DNA of 64,000 nucleotides from a bacterium. Lineage in GTDB: Bacteria; Desulfobacterota; DSWW01. The position numbers and the translations under genes were made by a program. Shown here in pieces: positions 28,551 through 38,461 of the stretch. The DNA is taken from the NCBI GenBank assembly GCA_040756235.1, contig JBFLZG010000137.1, positions 29,352-93,351 of the forward strand, written 5' to 3'. The notes below the pieces were generated by a model. That model ran no database searches. It was not told where the DNA came from and worked only from the letters and a program-made list of their open reading frames with translations. Within the stretch, counting starts at the first letter, position 1. Every line of letters begins with the position of its first letter.

Positions 28551-29930
28551 ATGGCCTTTGCCGACTACTTCGACGAGAAGCTCTACCGAATCCAGAACAC
28601 GCCCGAGGTGAAACAGATCCAGCTTGAGAAGCTCAGGCGCCACCTGGCCAGGTTCTACCAGCAGAGCCCGGCTGTGCGCATGTTCGTGGATTCGCAGGGG
28701 ATCGCGCCCGAGAAGATGACACTGGAGGCCTTCCGGCTGGGCTTCCCCCTGCTCGGCCAGGGAACGCTACGGGGATCTGTGGCCTCCGAAGGCTCCCGGG
28801 AACCGGGATACATCGTGCAGGTGATCTCCGGCATGCTGGGCATCGACCCATCCGAGTACGTACTGATGTGCGCCACCTCCGGCACCACGGGAGAGCCCAC
28901 GCCCTACTTCTTCACGGCCGAGGACCTCGATTTCATGCCGAGGGGCACGAGCCGCGGCATGTACATGGTGACCCAAGGCAACCTGGAAGAGATCAAGCGG
29001 ATGCGGGCCGTGCAGGCCTTCGGGCTGAGCATGTTCGGAGCCGGTGTTCCGCTGGTGGAGTGCCTGATCCGGCTGGGCGTGGGCTGCATTCCGGTGGGCG
29101 CCGAGGCCGGTACGGACCGCATCCTCAAGTTCGCCGAACGGTTCGCCGCCAACTGCATCTGGTGCACGCCTTCCCTTGCGGAGTACATGGTGGACACCGC
29201 CCTCGAGCGGATCCGGGCCATCGGGTTCAAGTACGTCTTCTGCGGCGCGGAGCCGGGAGCGGGAATTCCCGAGGTGCGCCAGAAGATCGAATCCGGCTTC
29301 CAGACCAAGCTCTACGACGGCATGGGCCTGATCGGCGGCCTGACCCTCTTCTCCTGCGGAGAAGAGGAGTACGCGGGGATGCACCACCTGACGGACGACA
29401 TGTTCCTGTTCGAGCTGGTGGACCCCGAAACCAAGGAGACGATCCCCTGGGAGGACCAGGCGGTCGGCGAGATGGTGATGACGCCGCTCCAGGGGTGCAC
29501 GATCCCTCCGGGACGCTTCTCCTCCGGCGACGTCGCTCAGCTGTTCCTTGCCCCGTGCAAGTGCGGCGCTCCGGGATGGCGGATCAAGATGCGGGGGCGC
29601 ACGGACGACATGCTGAAGGTCAAGGGGGTCATCGTCTATCCGGCCGCGGTCGATGGCGTGATCACCGGGTTCGTGCCGCGCCTGACGGGCGAGTTCCGCA
29701 TCGTCCTCGATGCGCCGCCGCCCCGGGTGGAGCCGCCCCTGAAGCTCAAGGTCGAGTACGGCGAGGGCGTTCGCGAGGAGGACCTGGAAGGGCTCGGCAA
29801 GGAGCTCGAGGCCGAGATGCACGCCAAGCTCAAGGTCCGCCCGCGGATCACCTGGGTGCCGCCCATGACGCTCGAGCGGGCGGCCCACAAGACCAAGTTC
29901 ATCGAGAAGGCCTACGAAGAGAAGAAATAA
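28551..29930 (+). CDS. Phenylacetate-CoA ligase family protein
   Basis: TSGTTGEP, GAEPG, CKCG, GRTDDMLKVKGVIVYP. Confidence 0.9.
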   Translation: MAFADYFDEKLYRIQNTPEVKQIQLEKLRRHLARFYQQSPAVRMFVDSQGIAPEKMTLEAFRLGFPLLGQGTLRGSVASEGSREPGYIVQVISGMLGIDPSEYVLMCATSGTTGEPTPYFFTAEDLDFMPRGTSRGMYMVTQGNLEEIKRMRAVQAFGLSMFGAGVPLVECLIRLGVGCIPVGAEAGTDRILKFAERFAANCIWCTPSLAEYMVDTALERIRAIGFKYVFCGAEPGAGIPEVRQKIESGFQTKLYDGMGLIGGLTLFSCGEEEYAGMHHLTDDMFLFELVDPETKETIPWEDQAVGEMVMTPLQGCTIPPGRFSSGDVAQLFLAPCKCGAPGWRIKMRGRTDDMLKVKGVIVYPAAVDGVITGFVPRLTGEFRIVLDAPPPRVEPPLKLKVEYGEGVREEDLEGLGKELEAEMHAKLKVRPRITWVPPMTLERAAHKTKFIEKAYEEKK

Positions 29931-29942
29931 GGGGAAGACCAG

Positions 29943-30746
29943 ATGCCCGAGATCTACATGAACGACTGGCCTCCGTTCGCGCCCGACGACCAGAACCGGC
30001 GCGAGGCCACGCTCGTGGCGGTCAAGCTCATGGCCAACGCGGCGCAGACCGCGCCGAACGCCGGGGGCGTCTCCCAGATCGAGGCCTCCATCGTTTACGG
30101 CTACCGCGAGCAGGACCAGATCGCACGGAAGATGGAGGAAATTGCCCACACGCGCTACGCCGACACGATGCTCGGCCGCCGCTTCCTGTACGAAGCCGTC
30201 ATGGTGAGAGAGTCGGACGCCGTGCTGCTGCTCGGGAATTTCCGCGCCAAGGACACGCCCATGGACGCCAAATGCGGCGCCTGCGGCGGCCGTCGCGATT
30301 GCTCTTTCCTGTACAGCAGGCGCGATGCGCCGAGCGGCATCATCGATCACACCCGCCGGCAGCACGAGACGTTCATCGATGGTCCCCTCTGCGGTGTGCG
30401 CTGCCAGGATTTCGGGTATGCCATGGGCTCGGCCCTCTGGATGGCCAACCGGCTGATGATCGACGCCAGGGCCTATATGACGGTGGGGATGGCCGCGCTC
30501 CTGGTCGGCTATCTGAAGGACTCCTCGATCTGCATCGGGGTCCTGGCTGCCGCGCTTTCCAAGAACCCGTACGTGGACGTCAACACCGACTACCACGTGC
30601 TCAATCTGGGCCGGCACGTGGACGGTCTCCGCAAGCACTATGCCCTGGGCCGGCAGGCGGGCGGCGACTACCGGGTCTCGGATCCGGGCTTCGATGCCGC
30701 CAAAGCCAGAAAGAAGGCTCTCAAGGCGGACCAGGATTCCGAGTGA
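29943..30746 (+). CDS. DUF2148-like Fe-S/nitroreductase-fold protein A
   Basis: AAQTAP..GG, CGACG..DC, GPLC, D.GYAMGSA. Confidence 0.75.
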   Translation: MPEIYMNDWPPFAPDDQNRREATLVAVKLMANAAQTAPNAGGVSQIEASIVYGYREQDQIARKMEEIAHTRYADTMLGRRFLYEAVMVRESDAVLLLGNFRAKDTPMDAKCGACGGRRDCSFLYSRRDAPSGIIDHTRRQHETFIDGPLCGVRCQDFGYAMGSALWMANRLMIDARAYMTVGMAALLVGYLKDSSICIGVLAAALSKNPYVDVNTDYHVLNLGRHVDGLRKHYALGRQAGGDYRVSDPGFDAAKARKKALKADQDSE

Positions 30747-30756
30747 GGGGGACCCC

Positions 30757-31584
30757 ATGCCTGTCTACGATGCCAATCAACTCGCTCAGGAAAAGCTCTT
30801 CGATGTGGCCGTCTCGTGCGCCCAGGCAGCTCTCAAGGCGCCCCAGATCACCGGCAAGGTCGAGATCAAGATGCAGATCCTGACCGGTGAGGAGCTCAAC
30901 CCGATCATGGAAGCCCTGACCATCCTGGGGCGGATCGACATGTTCAACTTCCTGAGCTTCGCCACCTGGCAGAGCGCGGCCGCCCAGGGCAAGATGCCGG
31001 TCTTGCTCCTCATCGGTGCGGACGTGCGCCACAGCGACCTCAACTACAACTGCGGGGCGTGCGGCTTTCCGACCTGCGGCGAGTTCAACAAACACTCCAA
31101 ATCCGTGACTCCGCCCCCTTACATCATGGTGAAAGGACCGGTCTGCATCTGGCGCCTGATCGATTATGCAGGGGCCTGCGACTGGGCCTGCGCGACCGCC
31201 TGGCAGCACAATGTCACGAACCGGATCGAGATCGCCTCGGGCTGGGCGTCCCGCGAGGTGGGATACCTGGAGGATTGCGACGTGGTCCACGGCCTGCCGC
31301 TGGGGCCGTGCACGGACCTGCACTGGTACTCCCGTGAGGCCGTCTCTGCCATGATGGACTACGACCTCTGGCTCGGCCGCACCCACCAGAACTATCCCAC
31401 CATGTTCGGCACCTTCCCGGGAGAGGGCAGGCCCGACATCAAGATCCGGCCCGACTGGTGGAAGCAGCCGGCCGAGGTCGAGATCAAGCACATCCCTCCG
31501 GAGCAGTTCGAGGAGCTCTACGCCGGGGTGGAGAACGACCTGAAGGAGCTGAAAGGACGGGTGAAGGCCGCAAGAGCCGAGTGA
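30757..31584 (+). CDS. DUF2148-like Fe-S/nitroreductase-fold protein B
   Basis: AALKAP..TG, NCGACGFPTC, GPVC, VTNRI. Confidence 0.75.
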   Translation: MPVYDANQLAQEKLFDVAVSCAQAALKAPQITGKVEIKMQILTGEELNPIMEALTILGRIDMFNFLSFATWQSAAAQGKMPVLLLIGADVRHSDLNYNCGACGFPTCGEFNKHSKSVTPPPYIMVKGPVCIWRLIDYAGACDWACATAWQHNVTNRIEIASGWASREVGYLEDCDVVHGLPLGPCTDLHWYSREAVSAMMDYDLWLGRTHQNYPTMFGTFPGEGRPDIKIRPDWWKQPAEVEIKHIPPEQFEELYAGVENDLKELKGRVKAARAE

Positions 31585-31617
31585 GCGCGGGAGGCTTCAC
31601 CCTTGAGGAGAGAGGAT

Positions 31618-34566
31618 ATGGAAATCCATAAGAGCACCGTGTCCGCGGCAGCGCCGGAAGGCGGCACGCTGCCCGAAAGACTCAGCCGGATCGTGGGACC
31701 GGAGCGGGTCACGACCGACCCCGGGCGGATCGCGTCTCGTCTCGGGCGGCCTGCCGGTGCGGCGCCGGCCCTGATCTGTGTGGAGCCGGCCGATGCCGGC
31801 GAGGTGCAGGAGGTCGTCGCACTGGCCGCTCGCCTAGGCTCGGCGGTGTTCACGCTCACCGACCGCACGCCGGACCCCTCCCTGGAGCTCGGCCGGGGCG
31901 GCATCCTGCTGGATCTGAGCCGGTTGCAGGGAATCGAGCGCGTGGACAAGCGCAACTTGCTGGCCCACGTCGAACGCGGGGTGACGTTCGCGGCCCTGAA
32001 GGAAGCCCTGGACGGTCAGGGGGTCAAGATCGCGGCGCCGCTGGCGGCCACGTCGGACTCGGTGCTGCAGAACTTCGTCAATCGAGCGCCGCTCAAGAAG
32101 GCGACGCTCTACCCGGAGGTGCACGTCTACAACCTGCAGGTGGTCATGGCCGACGGCAGGCTCTTCAGGACCGGCAGCCACGCCCTGAACGAGCTGGAGG
32201 ACTGTCGGGAAGACGGCGGGCCGAGCCTGAGCCGCTGGCACATCGGGAGCGAGGACGTCTTCGGCATCGTGACCCGCGCGACGGTGTGGCTGTACCCCAA
32301 GGCCGAGAGCCGGGACGCACTCCTGTTCGGGTTCGACCGGCTGGAGGATGCGGTCCGGGTGCTGCGCAACGTCCCGCGGACCGAGCTCGGGTGGGAGTGG
32401 CTGGCGCTGGACCGGCGGTTCGCCGCGCACCTGCTCGGGGAGAAGGAGCCTCGTCTGCCGGCCTGGACGGTGGTGGTCGGGTTCGATCACCGCCGGAAGA
32501 TGGTGGAGTATCAGAAGCGACGAGTGGCGGAGCTCGTGGGCGGGCTGGACGGCCGGCCTCTGGAGGATTACCGGGAGGCGTTTGCGCGGCTTCTGGACGA
32601 GGTCTGGTTCCAGGCTTCCCCTTTGCACACGGGATATTACTGCGCGTGCAACCGCGCCGCCGACCTGGACCGCGTGGCCCGGAGCCATTTTTCCGGAGCC
32701 GGCGCCACCGGGGACGAGTTGGGCCGCTGTCTGCTTTCCGTCAACCGGGGCCGCTGCCTGTACGCGCAGCACGATCTGTTCATGGACGCCGGGGGGCGCG
32801 AGGCTCTCATGGAGGGCCTGGAACGTGAGCTTGCGGGCCTGGGAGCATTTTTCGACCGCCCCCGCGGGGCCGTGGCCGACGACGTGCTCGCCCGGGTGCC
32901 GAACCTGCGCAAACAGCTGGCCACGATCAAGGCGGTGGTGGACCCGCAGGGAATCCTCAACCCGGGCCGGTACGTGCGCCGGGAAGATCCCGTTTACGCG
33001 CCCCTGGCGGTGGCATATTCGTGCGCCGAAGACACCGGGGTCGAGGCGGCCAACCTGGAGGAGGTGGAAGGCAAGGTCAAGGCGGCGTTGGGGACGGAGT
33101 GGGTGAGCTCGAACCGTGCGGACCTGTCCGCCTACGGGCGGGACTTCACCGTCTTCTCCGGGGAACGGCCGAACATCGTGGTCCTGCCGCGCACGACCGA
33201 AGAGGTGCAGGCGGTGGTGCGGATTGCCTACGCGCACAAGATCCCCGTGGTACCCCTCTCGACCGGGTTCAACCACGGCGGGCTCACGGTGCCGAGGAAG
33301 GGCGGGATCCTGGTCGACCTGAAGCGGATGAACCGGCTGGTGTCGATCGACGAGGAGACGATGACGGCCACCTTCGAGCCGGGAGTGCGGATGCGCTCGT
33401 TGTGGTACGAGACGCACAACGTGGAGACCTTCGGCGGGATCCGGCTCAAGCCGATTCTTCCCCTGACCCTTGGAAGCGTCTCCCTCCTGAGCAACTACGT
33501 TTCCCGGGGGGGACCCGGCAGCGCCGTCAAGTACGGCTTCGGCTCCGACCTCACGGTCAACATGACCTGGGTTCTGCCCAACGGCGAGATCTTCAGGACC
33601 GGGCCGTCTTCGGTCCCGGGTGTGGGGGACCTCGGGCTCAACTGGGGGCCGGGGCCGGACGTGACCGGCATGTTCTTCAACGCGGACGGCGCCTTCGGGA
33701 TCTGTACCGAGATCACGGCCAAGCTCTATCCGGACATGCCCAAGGAACAGATCGTCCAGACCGCAGTCTTCGACGAAGACCCGGTCGGCTGCCGCAAGGC
33801 GTGCGACATCATGTACGACGTCTGCCAGGACAACCTGGTCGAGTTCATCTACAAGAGCCATCCGGGGGTCATGTGCGTGACCCTGGCCGGTCTCATGGGG
33901 GGCAAGCCTCAGGACTACATGATGATGACCCCCAGGCATCCGCTCTTCATGATCTTGACCGGAATGGACGAGGAGGAGCTGGCGATCCGGGCCGAGTTGG
34001 TGAGAGAGATCTTTGCCAGGCACGAGGTCCTGGAGCTCGACGTGAGCATGCTGCCGCCCGAGTTTGCGGACTTCATGTCCACCGAGCCGATGAAGGCGAG
34101 CCTCGGGCTCAAGAACACGACCGTAGGGGCCTATCGGGGTGCCTTCCAGTGGCAGGCCGGCTACATACAGGTGGACAAGGTGCCGGGGATCAATCAGGAA
34201 TACAAGAAGCTCATCCGGAAGTACTGGAAAACCTCGGACATCTCCATGACCGAGGAGTCCGCGCTGACCGGGACCGATATCCAGGGTCCGCTCCCTTACG
34301 CCCGGATGGGGACCGTGGAGTTCGACTACTGGTGGGACCAGGGGAATCCGGAATCGGTCAAGCGGGCAGGGGTCATGATCCGCAAGACCACGGAGCTCAT
34401 GTTCCGGCACGGGGTCATCCCGATCCGGAACATGTTCGGGTTCGGCGAGCTGCTGCTGCCGAGGCTCACCGTGTACAACGAGATCCTGAAGAAGGTGCGA
34501 GCCGTCTTCGACCCGGCCAACCTCATGCACCCGGACGTGCTGCCGGCGACCGAAGACTATGTGTGA
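31618..34566 (+). CDS. FAD-binding oxidoreductase (VAO/GlcD family) with two tandem FAD-oxidase modules
   Basis: Two copies of P....EVQ.VV..A / GGIL.DL.R / FGI.T ... DP..(I/L)(L/M)(N/H)P (module ends at VDPQGILNPG and FDPANLMHPD). Confidence 0.85.
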   Translation: MEIHKSTVSAAAPEGGTLPERLSRIVGPERVTTDPGRIASRLGRPAGAAPALICVEPADAGEVQEVVALAARLGSAVFTLTDRTPDPSLELGRGGILLDLSRLQGIERVDKRNLLAHVERGVTFAALKEALDGQGVKIAAPLAATSDSVLQNFVNRAPLKKATLYPEVHVYNLQVVMADGRLFRTGSHALNELEDCREDGGPSLSRWHIGSEDVFGIVTRATVWLYPKAESRDALLFGFDRLEDAVRVLRNVPRTELGWEWLALDRRFAAHLLGEKEPRLPAWTVVVGFDHRRKMVEYQKRRVAELVGGLDGRPLEDYREAFARLLDEVWFQASPLHTGYYCACNRAADLDRVARSHFSGAGATGDELGRCLLSVNRGRCLYAQHDLFMDAGGREALMEGLERELAGLGAFFDRPRGAVADDVLARVPNLRKQLATIKAVVDPQGILNPGRYVRREDPVYAPLAVAYSCAEDTGVEAANLEEVEGKVKAALGTEWVSSNRADLSAYGRDFTVFSGERPNIVVLPRTTEEVQAVVRIAYAHKIPVVPLSTGFNHGGLTVPRKGGILVDLKRMNRLVSIDEETMTATFEPGVRMRSLWYETHNVETFGGIRLKPILPLTLGSVSLLSNYVSRGGPGSAVKYGFGSDLTVNMTWVLPNGEIFRTGPSSVPGVGDLGLNWGPGPDVTGMFFNADGAFGICTEITAKLYPDMPKEQIVQTAVFDEDPVGCRKACDIMYDVCQDNLVEFIYKSHPGVMCVTLAGLMGGKPQDYMMMTPRHPLFMILTGMDEEELAIRAELVREIFARHEVLELDVSMLPPEFADFMSTEPMKASLGLKNTTVGAYRGAFQWQAGYIQVDKVPGINQEYKKLIRKYWKTSDISMTEESALTGTDIQGPLPYARMGTVEFDYWWDQGNPESVKRAGVMIRKTTELMFRHGVIPIRNMFGFGELLLPRLTVYNEILKKVRAVFDPANLMHPDVLPATEDYV

Positions 34567-34568
34567 AG

Positions 34569-34674
34569 CAGGTTCTAGGTGTCAGGTTTCAGGTGTCGGA
34601 CCCCCTCTTTCGCCCCTGAGAACTGGCCACTGAAAGCTGACACTGGGCAACTGAAAACGGGTAACTGACAACTC
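34569..34674. repeat. Degenerate heptamer tandem repeats in inverted arrangement (CAGGTGT/CAGGTTT ... AACTGAC/CACTGAA)
   Basis: 7-bp periodicity visible in the intergenic spacer. Confidence 0.6.
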
Positions 34675-34703
34675 CTCCAATCTTGACCGAGAGGGAGTCG
34701 ACC

Positions 34704-35942
34704 ATGGCCAGGGATGCCAGGATCGCCCGGGACATCAAGCCCCTGATGGAATACCGGAACATGGCCTGGAAATGCTGGAAGTGCGGCTTTTGCCGCATGT
34801 CCCACCCGGACGAGCAGTTCACCCACAAATACGCGGACAACTGCCCCCGGGGGACTCGGTACCGGTTCGAGTCTTTCTACGGAGCCGGAACGCAGGAGCT
34901 CGTTCGCGCCCTGACGTGTGATCCTCCCGAACTGGACCTGGCGGATCCGGAGACCGCGCAGAGGATTCAGAAGATCGTCTATACCTGCCCGCAATGCGGG
35001 GCCTGCCAGGTGAACTGCAACCCCACCAAGTTCCTGGAGCCGGCCAACGCCTCGATGGCGCTCAGGCAGTGGCTCGTGAAACAGGGGCTCGGGCCGCTTC
35101 CGGAGCACCAGCCGCTGGTCAAGAGCATCCTCAATTACGACAACCCCTGGATGCAGCCGCGGGCGGCGCGCCAGAAGTGGGCGAAGAAGAGGAAGGTCAA
35201 GGACGCCGGCACGGAAAAGGTCGAAGTGCTTTACTACCCCGGATGCACGGCTTCCTATGACCCCTACATCCAGCCGGTGGCCGGCTGGGTGACCGAAGTG
35301 CTGAACGCGGCGGGCGTGGATTTCGGCATCCTGGGCAAGAACGAGATCTGCTGCGGGTCCACGGTCCTGCGGGTCGGGGACCTGGATTCCTTCCGCACCA
35401 TCCGGCGGCGCAACCTGGAATCCCTGAACTCCACCTCTGCCCGGGTGATCGTCACGGCATGCGCGGGCTGCTTCAGCACACTCACCCACGAGTACGAGGG
35501 AGATCTGAAGGCAGAGGTCAAGCACATCGTCCAGTTCGTGGACGAGCTCATCCAGGCTGGGAAATTACAATTCAGAAAGGACCTTAATCTTAAAGTAACT
35601 TATCATGATCCATGCCATGTAGGCCGATATTGCGACGTTTATGAACCGCCTCGCAACATCCTGAAGGCGTTGCCTGGCGTAACCCTCAAGGAGATGAACC
35701 GCATCCGTCAGTGGAGCTGGTGCTGCGGCGCTGGGGGCGGGTGCAGGACCGCCTTCCCGGAGGAGGTGGCCGGGTTCGCCGCCGAGGCGAGGCTGGAAGA
35801 GGCGCACGAGACCGGCGTCAGGACACTGGTCACGGCCTGTCCGTTTTGCGAGCAGAACCTCGGTGAGAACGCGAAGCGGACCCACGAGCGCTACGGCATG
35901 GAGGTGCAAGACATCATGGAGCTAGTCTATCAGGCGTTGTGA
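34704..35942 (+). CDS. (Fe-S)-binding protein, HdrD/GlcF-like with two CCG domains
   Basis: CWKCGFC, CPQCGACQVNC, YYPGC, ICCG, TACAGC, YHDPCH, WCCGAGGG, TACPFC. Confidence 0.9.
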   Translation: MARDARIARDIKPLMEYRNMAWKCWKCGFCRMSHPDEQFTHKYADNCPRGTRYRFESFYGAGTQELVRALTCDPPELDLADPETAQRIQKIVYTCPQCGACQVNCNPTKFLEPANASMALRQWLVKQGLGPLPEHQPLVKSILNYDNPWMQPRAARQKWAKKRKVKDAGTEKVEVLYYPGCTASYDPYIQPVAGWVTEVLNAAGVDFGILGKNEICCGSTVLRVGDLDSFRTIRRRNLESLNSTSARVIVTACAGCFSTLTHEYEGDLKAEVKHIVQFVDELIQAGKLQFRKDLNLKVTYHDPCHVGRYCDVYEPPRNILKALPGVTLKEMNRIRQWSWCCGAGGGCRTAFPEEVAGFAAEARLEEAHETGVRTLVTACPFCEQNLGENAKRTHERYGMEVQDIMELVYQAL

Positions 35943-36004
35943 GAGGCTGTCGATAAACGGCCATCTCAGGCGTTGCGCTCTGCGGGCCCGAAAGGAGAAT
36001 CGCA

Positions 36005-36985
36005 TTGCCCGAGAAAGGTGTGGGTGATCGGAAAGGGCTCTTGCTCCTGCGCCTGGCCTTTCTGGCCTGTGCGCTGACCGCCGCGCTGGCTTCGCCTCCG
36101 GCCGCCCGCGCCGCCGAGGGCGCGGGGGCGATCTGGCGGTTCGATTTTCGTGATGTGTTTTATGACGCCACCTTCGTGCGGCCGGACTGGGGGGTGGTCG
36201 TGGGAGCCCGGGGCCGGATCCTCACCTCTCACGAGCGTTACCCCAACCTGTGGGCCGTGCGGGAATCCGGCACGACCGAGCTGTTGACCTGCCTGAGCTT
36301 CGCGGATGAACGGCACGGGTGGGCGGCCGGGCACGGAGGCATCATCCTCGGCACGACAGACGGCGGGCGCACCTGGGAGGTCCAGAGGGAGTCCGCGCCG
36401 GAGAACCAGCCCCTCTTCGACATCCAGTTCCCGACGTTCCAGGCCGGATACGCCTGCGGCGCCTTCGATACTTTCCTGAAAACCGCTGACGGAGGCAAGA
36501 GTTGGGAGGAGATCCCGACCGGCCTGGACATCATGCTCAACGGGATGGCTTTTGCGGATGAACTACAGGGGTACATGGTGGGTGAGTTCGGGACCGTGGT
36601 TCGCACCCGGGACGGGGGAGCCTCGTGGGAGAAGCTCGATACGGGAGACTACCAGGGGTCTCTCTTCGGCATCACGCTCCTGTCGGAGCAGGAAATCCTG
36701 GTTTGCGGGATCGCCGGCAAGATCCTGCGGAGCGAGGACGCGGGCGAGACGTGGAGCGGGATCCCGTCGGCCACAGACCAGTCCCTGTTCCGGGGGGCCG
36801 CCCAGGGGGAGGAGGTCGTCCTGGCGGGCAACTCCGGAACGATCCTCTGCAGCCGGGATCGCGGGAAGCATTTCATCCCAAGGAAGGACGAGGATCTCAC
36901 GAGCTTTGCAGGCGTGTGCCCACACCCGGGCGGAGGCTTCCTCTGCCTCGGAGACACGGGGAAGATCGTTCATCTGCAGCCCTGA
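36005..36985 (+). CDS. YCF48-related secreted BNR-repeat beta-propeller
   Basis: Signal peptide; repeated G..G.I..T.DGG.(T/S)W; TTG start with AAGGAG RBS. Confidence 0.88.
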   Translation: MPEKGVGDRKGLLLLRLAFLACALTAALASPPAARAAEGAGAIWRFDFRDVFYDATFVRPDWGVVVGARGRILTSHERYPNLWAVRESGTTELLTCLSFADERHGWAAGHGGIILGTTDGGRTWEVQRESAPENQPLFDIQFPTFQAGYACGAFDTFLKTADGGKSWEEIPTGLDIMLNGMAFADELQGYMVGEFGTVVRTRDGGASWEKLDTGDYQGSLFGITLLSEQEILVCGIAGKILRSEDAGETWSGIPSATDQSLFRGAAQGEEVVLAGNSGTILCSRDRGKHFIPRKDEDLTSFAGVCPHPGGGFLCLGDTGKIVHLQP

Positions 36986-37041
36986 TCGGCTCATCCGGCC
37001 AGTCGGGATGAGGGGGCGGTTCGAACTCGCCAGAGGAGTCC

Positions 37042-38139
37042 ATGATGAGCCAGGATGCCTATTTCCAACTCGGTGAGCGGCTGAACGAGTATCAGGTGAA
37101 GATGATGCTGGTGGAGCCCTATCTGAAGATTCTCCGAGAGATCTACACGGATGAAGAAGCGCAGCTCGGTGCTGAATTCCCCCTGGGAGCGCACACGGCT
37201 CCGGAGCTCGGCCAAAAGCTCGGCCGGCCGGAGAAGCCGCTCGCGGAGTTGCTGGAGAGGATGGCGGACAAGGGCACGATCTTTGTTACGAAGAGCGATG
37301 ACGGAGTGAGCCGATACGCCCTGACGCCGTTCGTTCCCGGCGTGGTCGAATTCCAGCTCATGCGGGGCACGGATACGCCCAAAGACCGGAAGTTTGCCAA
37401 GATGCTGGAAGAGTTCATGGAGGGGGAGATGGCCGACCTGGCCCGGGCGGCATTCAAGGACCCGGAAGTGGCCAAACAGATGATCCCCGTTCCACCGGCT
37501 CGGACGGTCACGGTGCAGAAGGAGCTACCTCCCAATACCCAGGTCTATTCCTTCGAGAAGCTGAGCCAGCTCGTCGAGCAGGAAAACTTCTTTGGCGCGG
37601 CGAAGTGCTACTGCAGGCACCACGCATACCTGGTGGGAAAACCGTGCAAGGTCCCGGGCGTCCCGGAGTATTCGTGCCTCATGTTCGGCAAGACAGCCGA
37701 GTATGTAACGGAACGAGGTTTCGGCAAGAGGATCACCAAGGAAGAAGCGTACCGGATCCTGGAGGCCACGGAGAAGGCGGGCCTCGTGCACAATACGAGC
37801 AACCTGCTCGACAGCACGGTTTTCGTGTGCAACTGCTGCGGTTGCTGCTGCGGCTTTTTGAAGAGCATGCAGCTCATGGGCACGAATGCGATGCTGTCCT
37901 TCTCGAACTTCAGGGTCCAGGCTGACACGGCGGAGTGCGTGGGGTGCGGGGATTGTGTGGAGCGCTGCCAGGTGGGTGCACTGAGTCTGGCCGAGGACGT
38001 AATTTCCGTGGCAGAGTCCAAGTGCCTGGGCTGTGGCAACTGCGTATCGGCTTGCCCTACGGAGTGTCTGACCATGGTCAGGCGTTCTGAGTGGATCCCT
38101 CCTGAGGCCGGAGATTCCCTGGGGGGGCTGGGGATGTAG
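37042..38139 (+). CDS. 4Fe-4S dicluster protein with N-terminal winged-helix-like region and Cys-rich CNCCGCCC motif
   Basis: CYCR, CNCCGCCC, CVGCGDCVERC, CLGCGNCVSACP. Confidence 0.85.
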   Translation: MMSQDAYFQLGERLNEYQVKMMLVEPYLKILREIYTDEEAQLGAEFPLGAHTAPELGQKLGRPEKPLAELLERMADKGTIFVTKSDDGVSRYALTPFVPGVVEFQLMRGTDTPKDRKFAKMLEEFMEGEMADLARAAFKDPEVAKQMIPVPPARTVTVQKELPPNTQVYSFEKLSQLVEQENFFGAAKCYCRHHAYLVGKPCKVPGVPEYSCLMFGKTAEYVTERGFGKRITKEEAYRILEATEKAGLVHNTSNLLDSTVFVCNCCGCCCGFLKSMQLMGTNAMLSFSNFRVQADTAECVGCGDCVERCQVGALSLAEDVISVAESKCLGCGNCVSACPTECLTMVRRSEWIPPEAGDSLGGLGM

Positions 38140-38141
38140 TT

Positions 38142-38295
38142 AGAGCCTGTCCCAACAGGCTCGATTTCAGAGGCTGTTCAAAAATGCCCAGATGCAAGGC
38201 GCACGAAGTCCTGAGGAACGAGGCGTACATGGAAGTACGCCGCAGTGACGAAGGACGAGCGCAACGCCGCAGATGGGCGTTTTGGGACAGGCTCT
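38142..38295. mobile_element. MITE-like element copy 4 (intact termini)
   Basis: Terminal inverted repeats AGAGCCTGTCCCA / TGGGACAGGCTCT; same core as 14657. Confidence 0.85.
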
Positions 38296-38461
38296 AGTTA
38301 CGCCTTGCTCTTGTCCCGGAGCGGGACAATACCGTTGGGCTGTGGCGGGAAGGGCTTGTCAAACCGCGCTCAGAGGGGAGGAAAGACAGGGAGGGGTATT
38401 CTATCAACGAGAGCATGCCTGGCAAGCCGGTTGTGAGACACCACACTAGACGGGGGGGCCT

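Noticed and set aside
38420..38434. sigma54 -24/-12 promoter (TGGCAAGCCGGTTGT) before the RND gene
   Set aside because: The -12 element is GT instead of GC and no activator gene is nearby; too weak to call.
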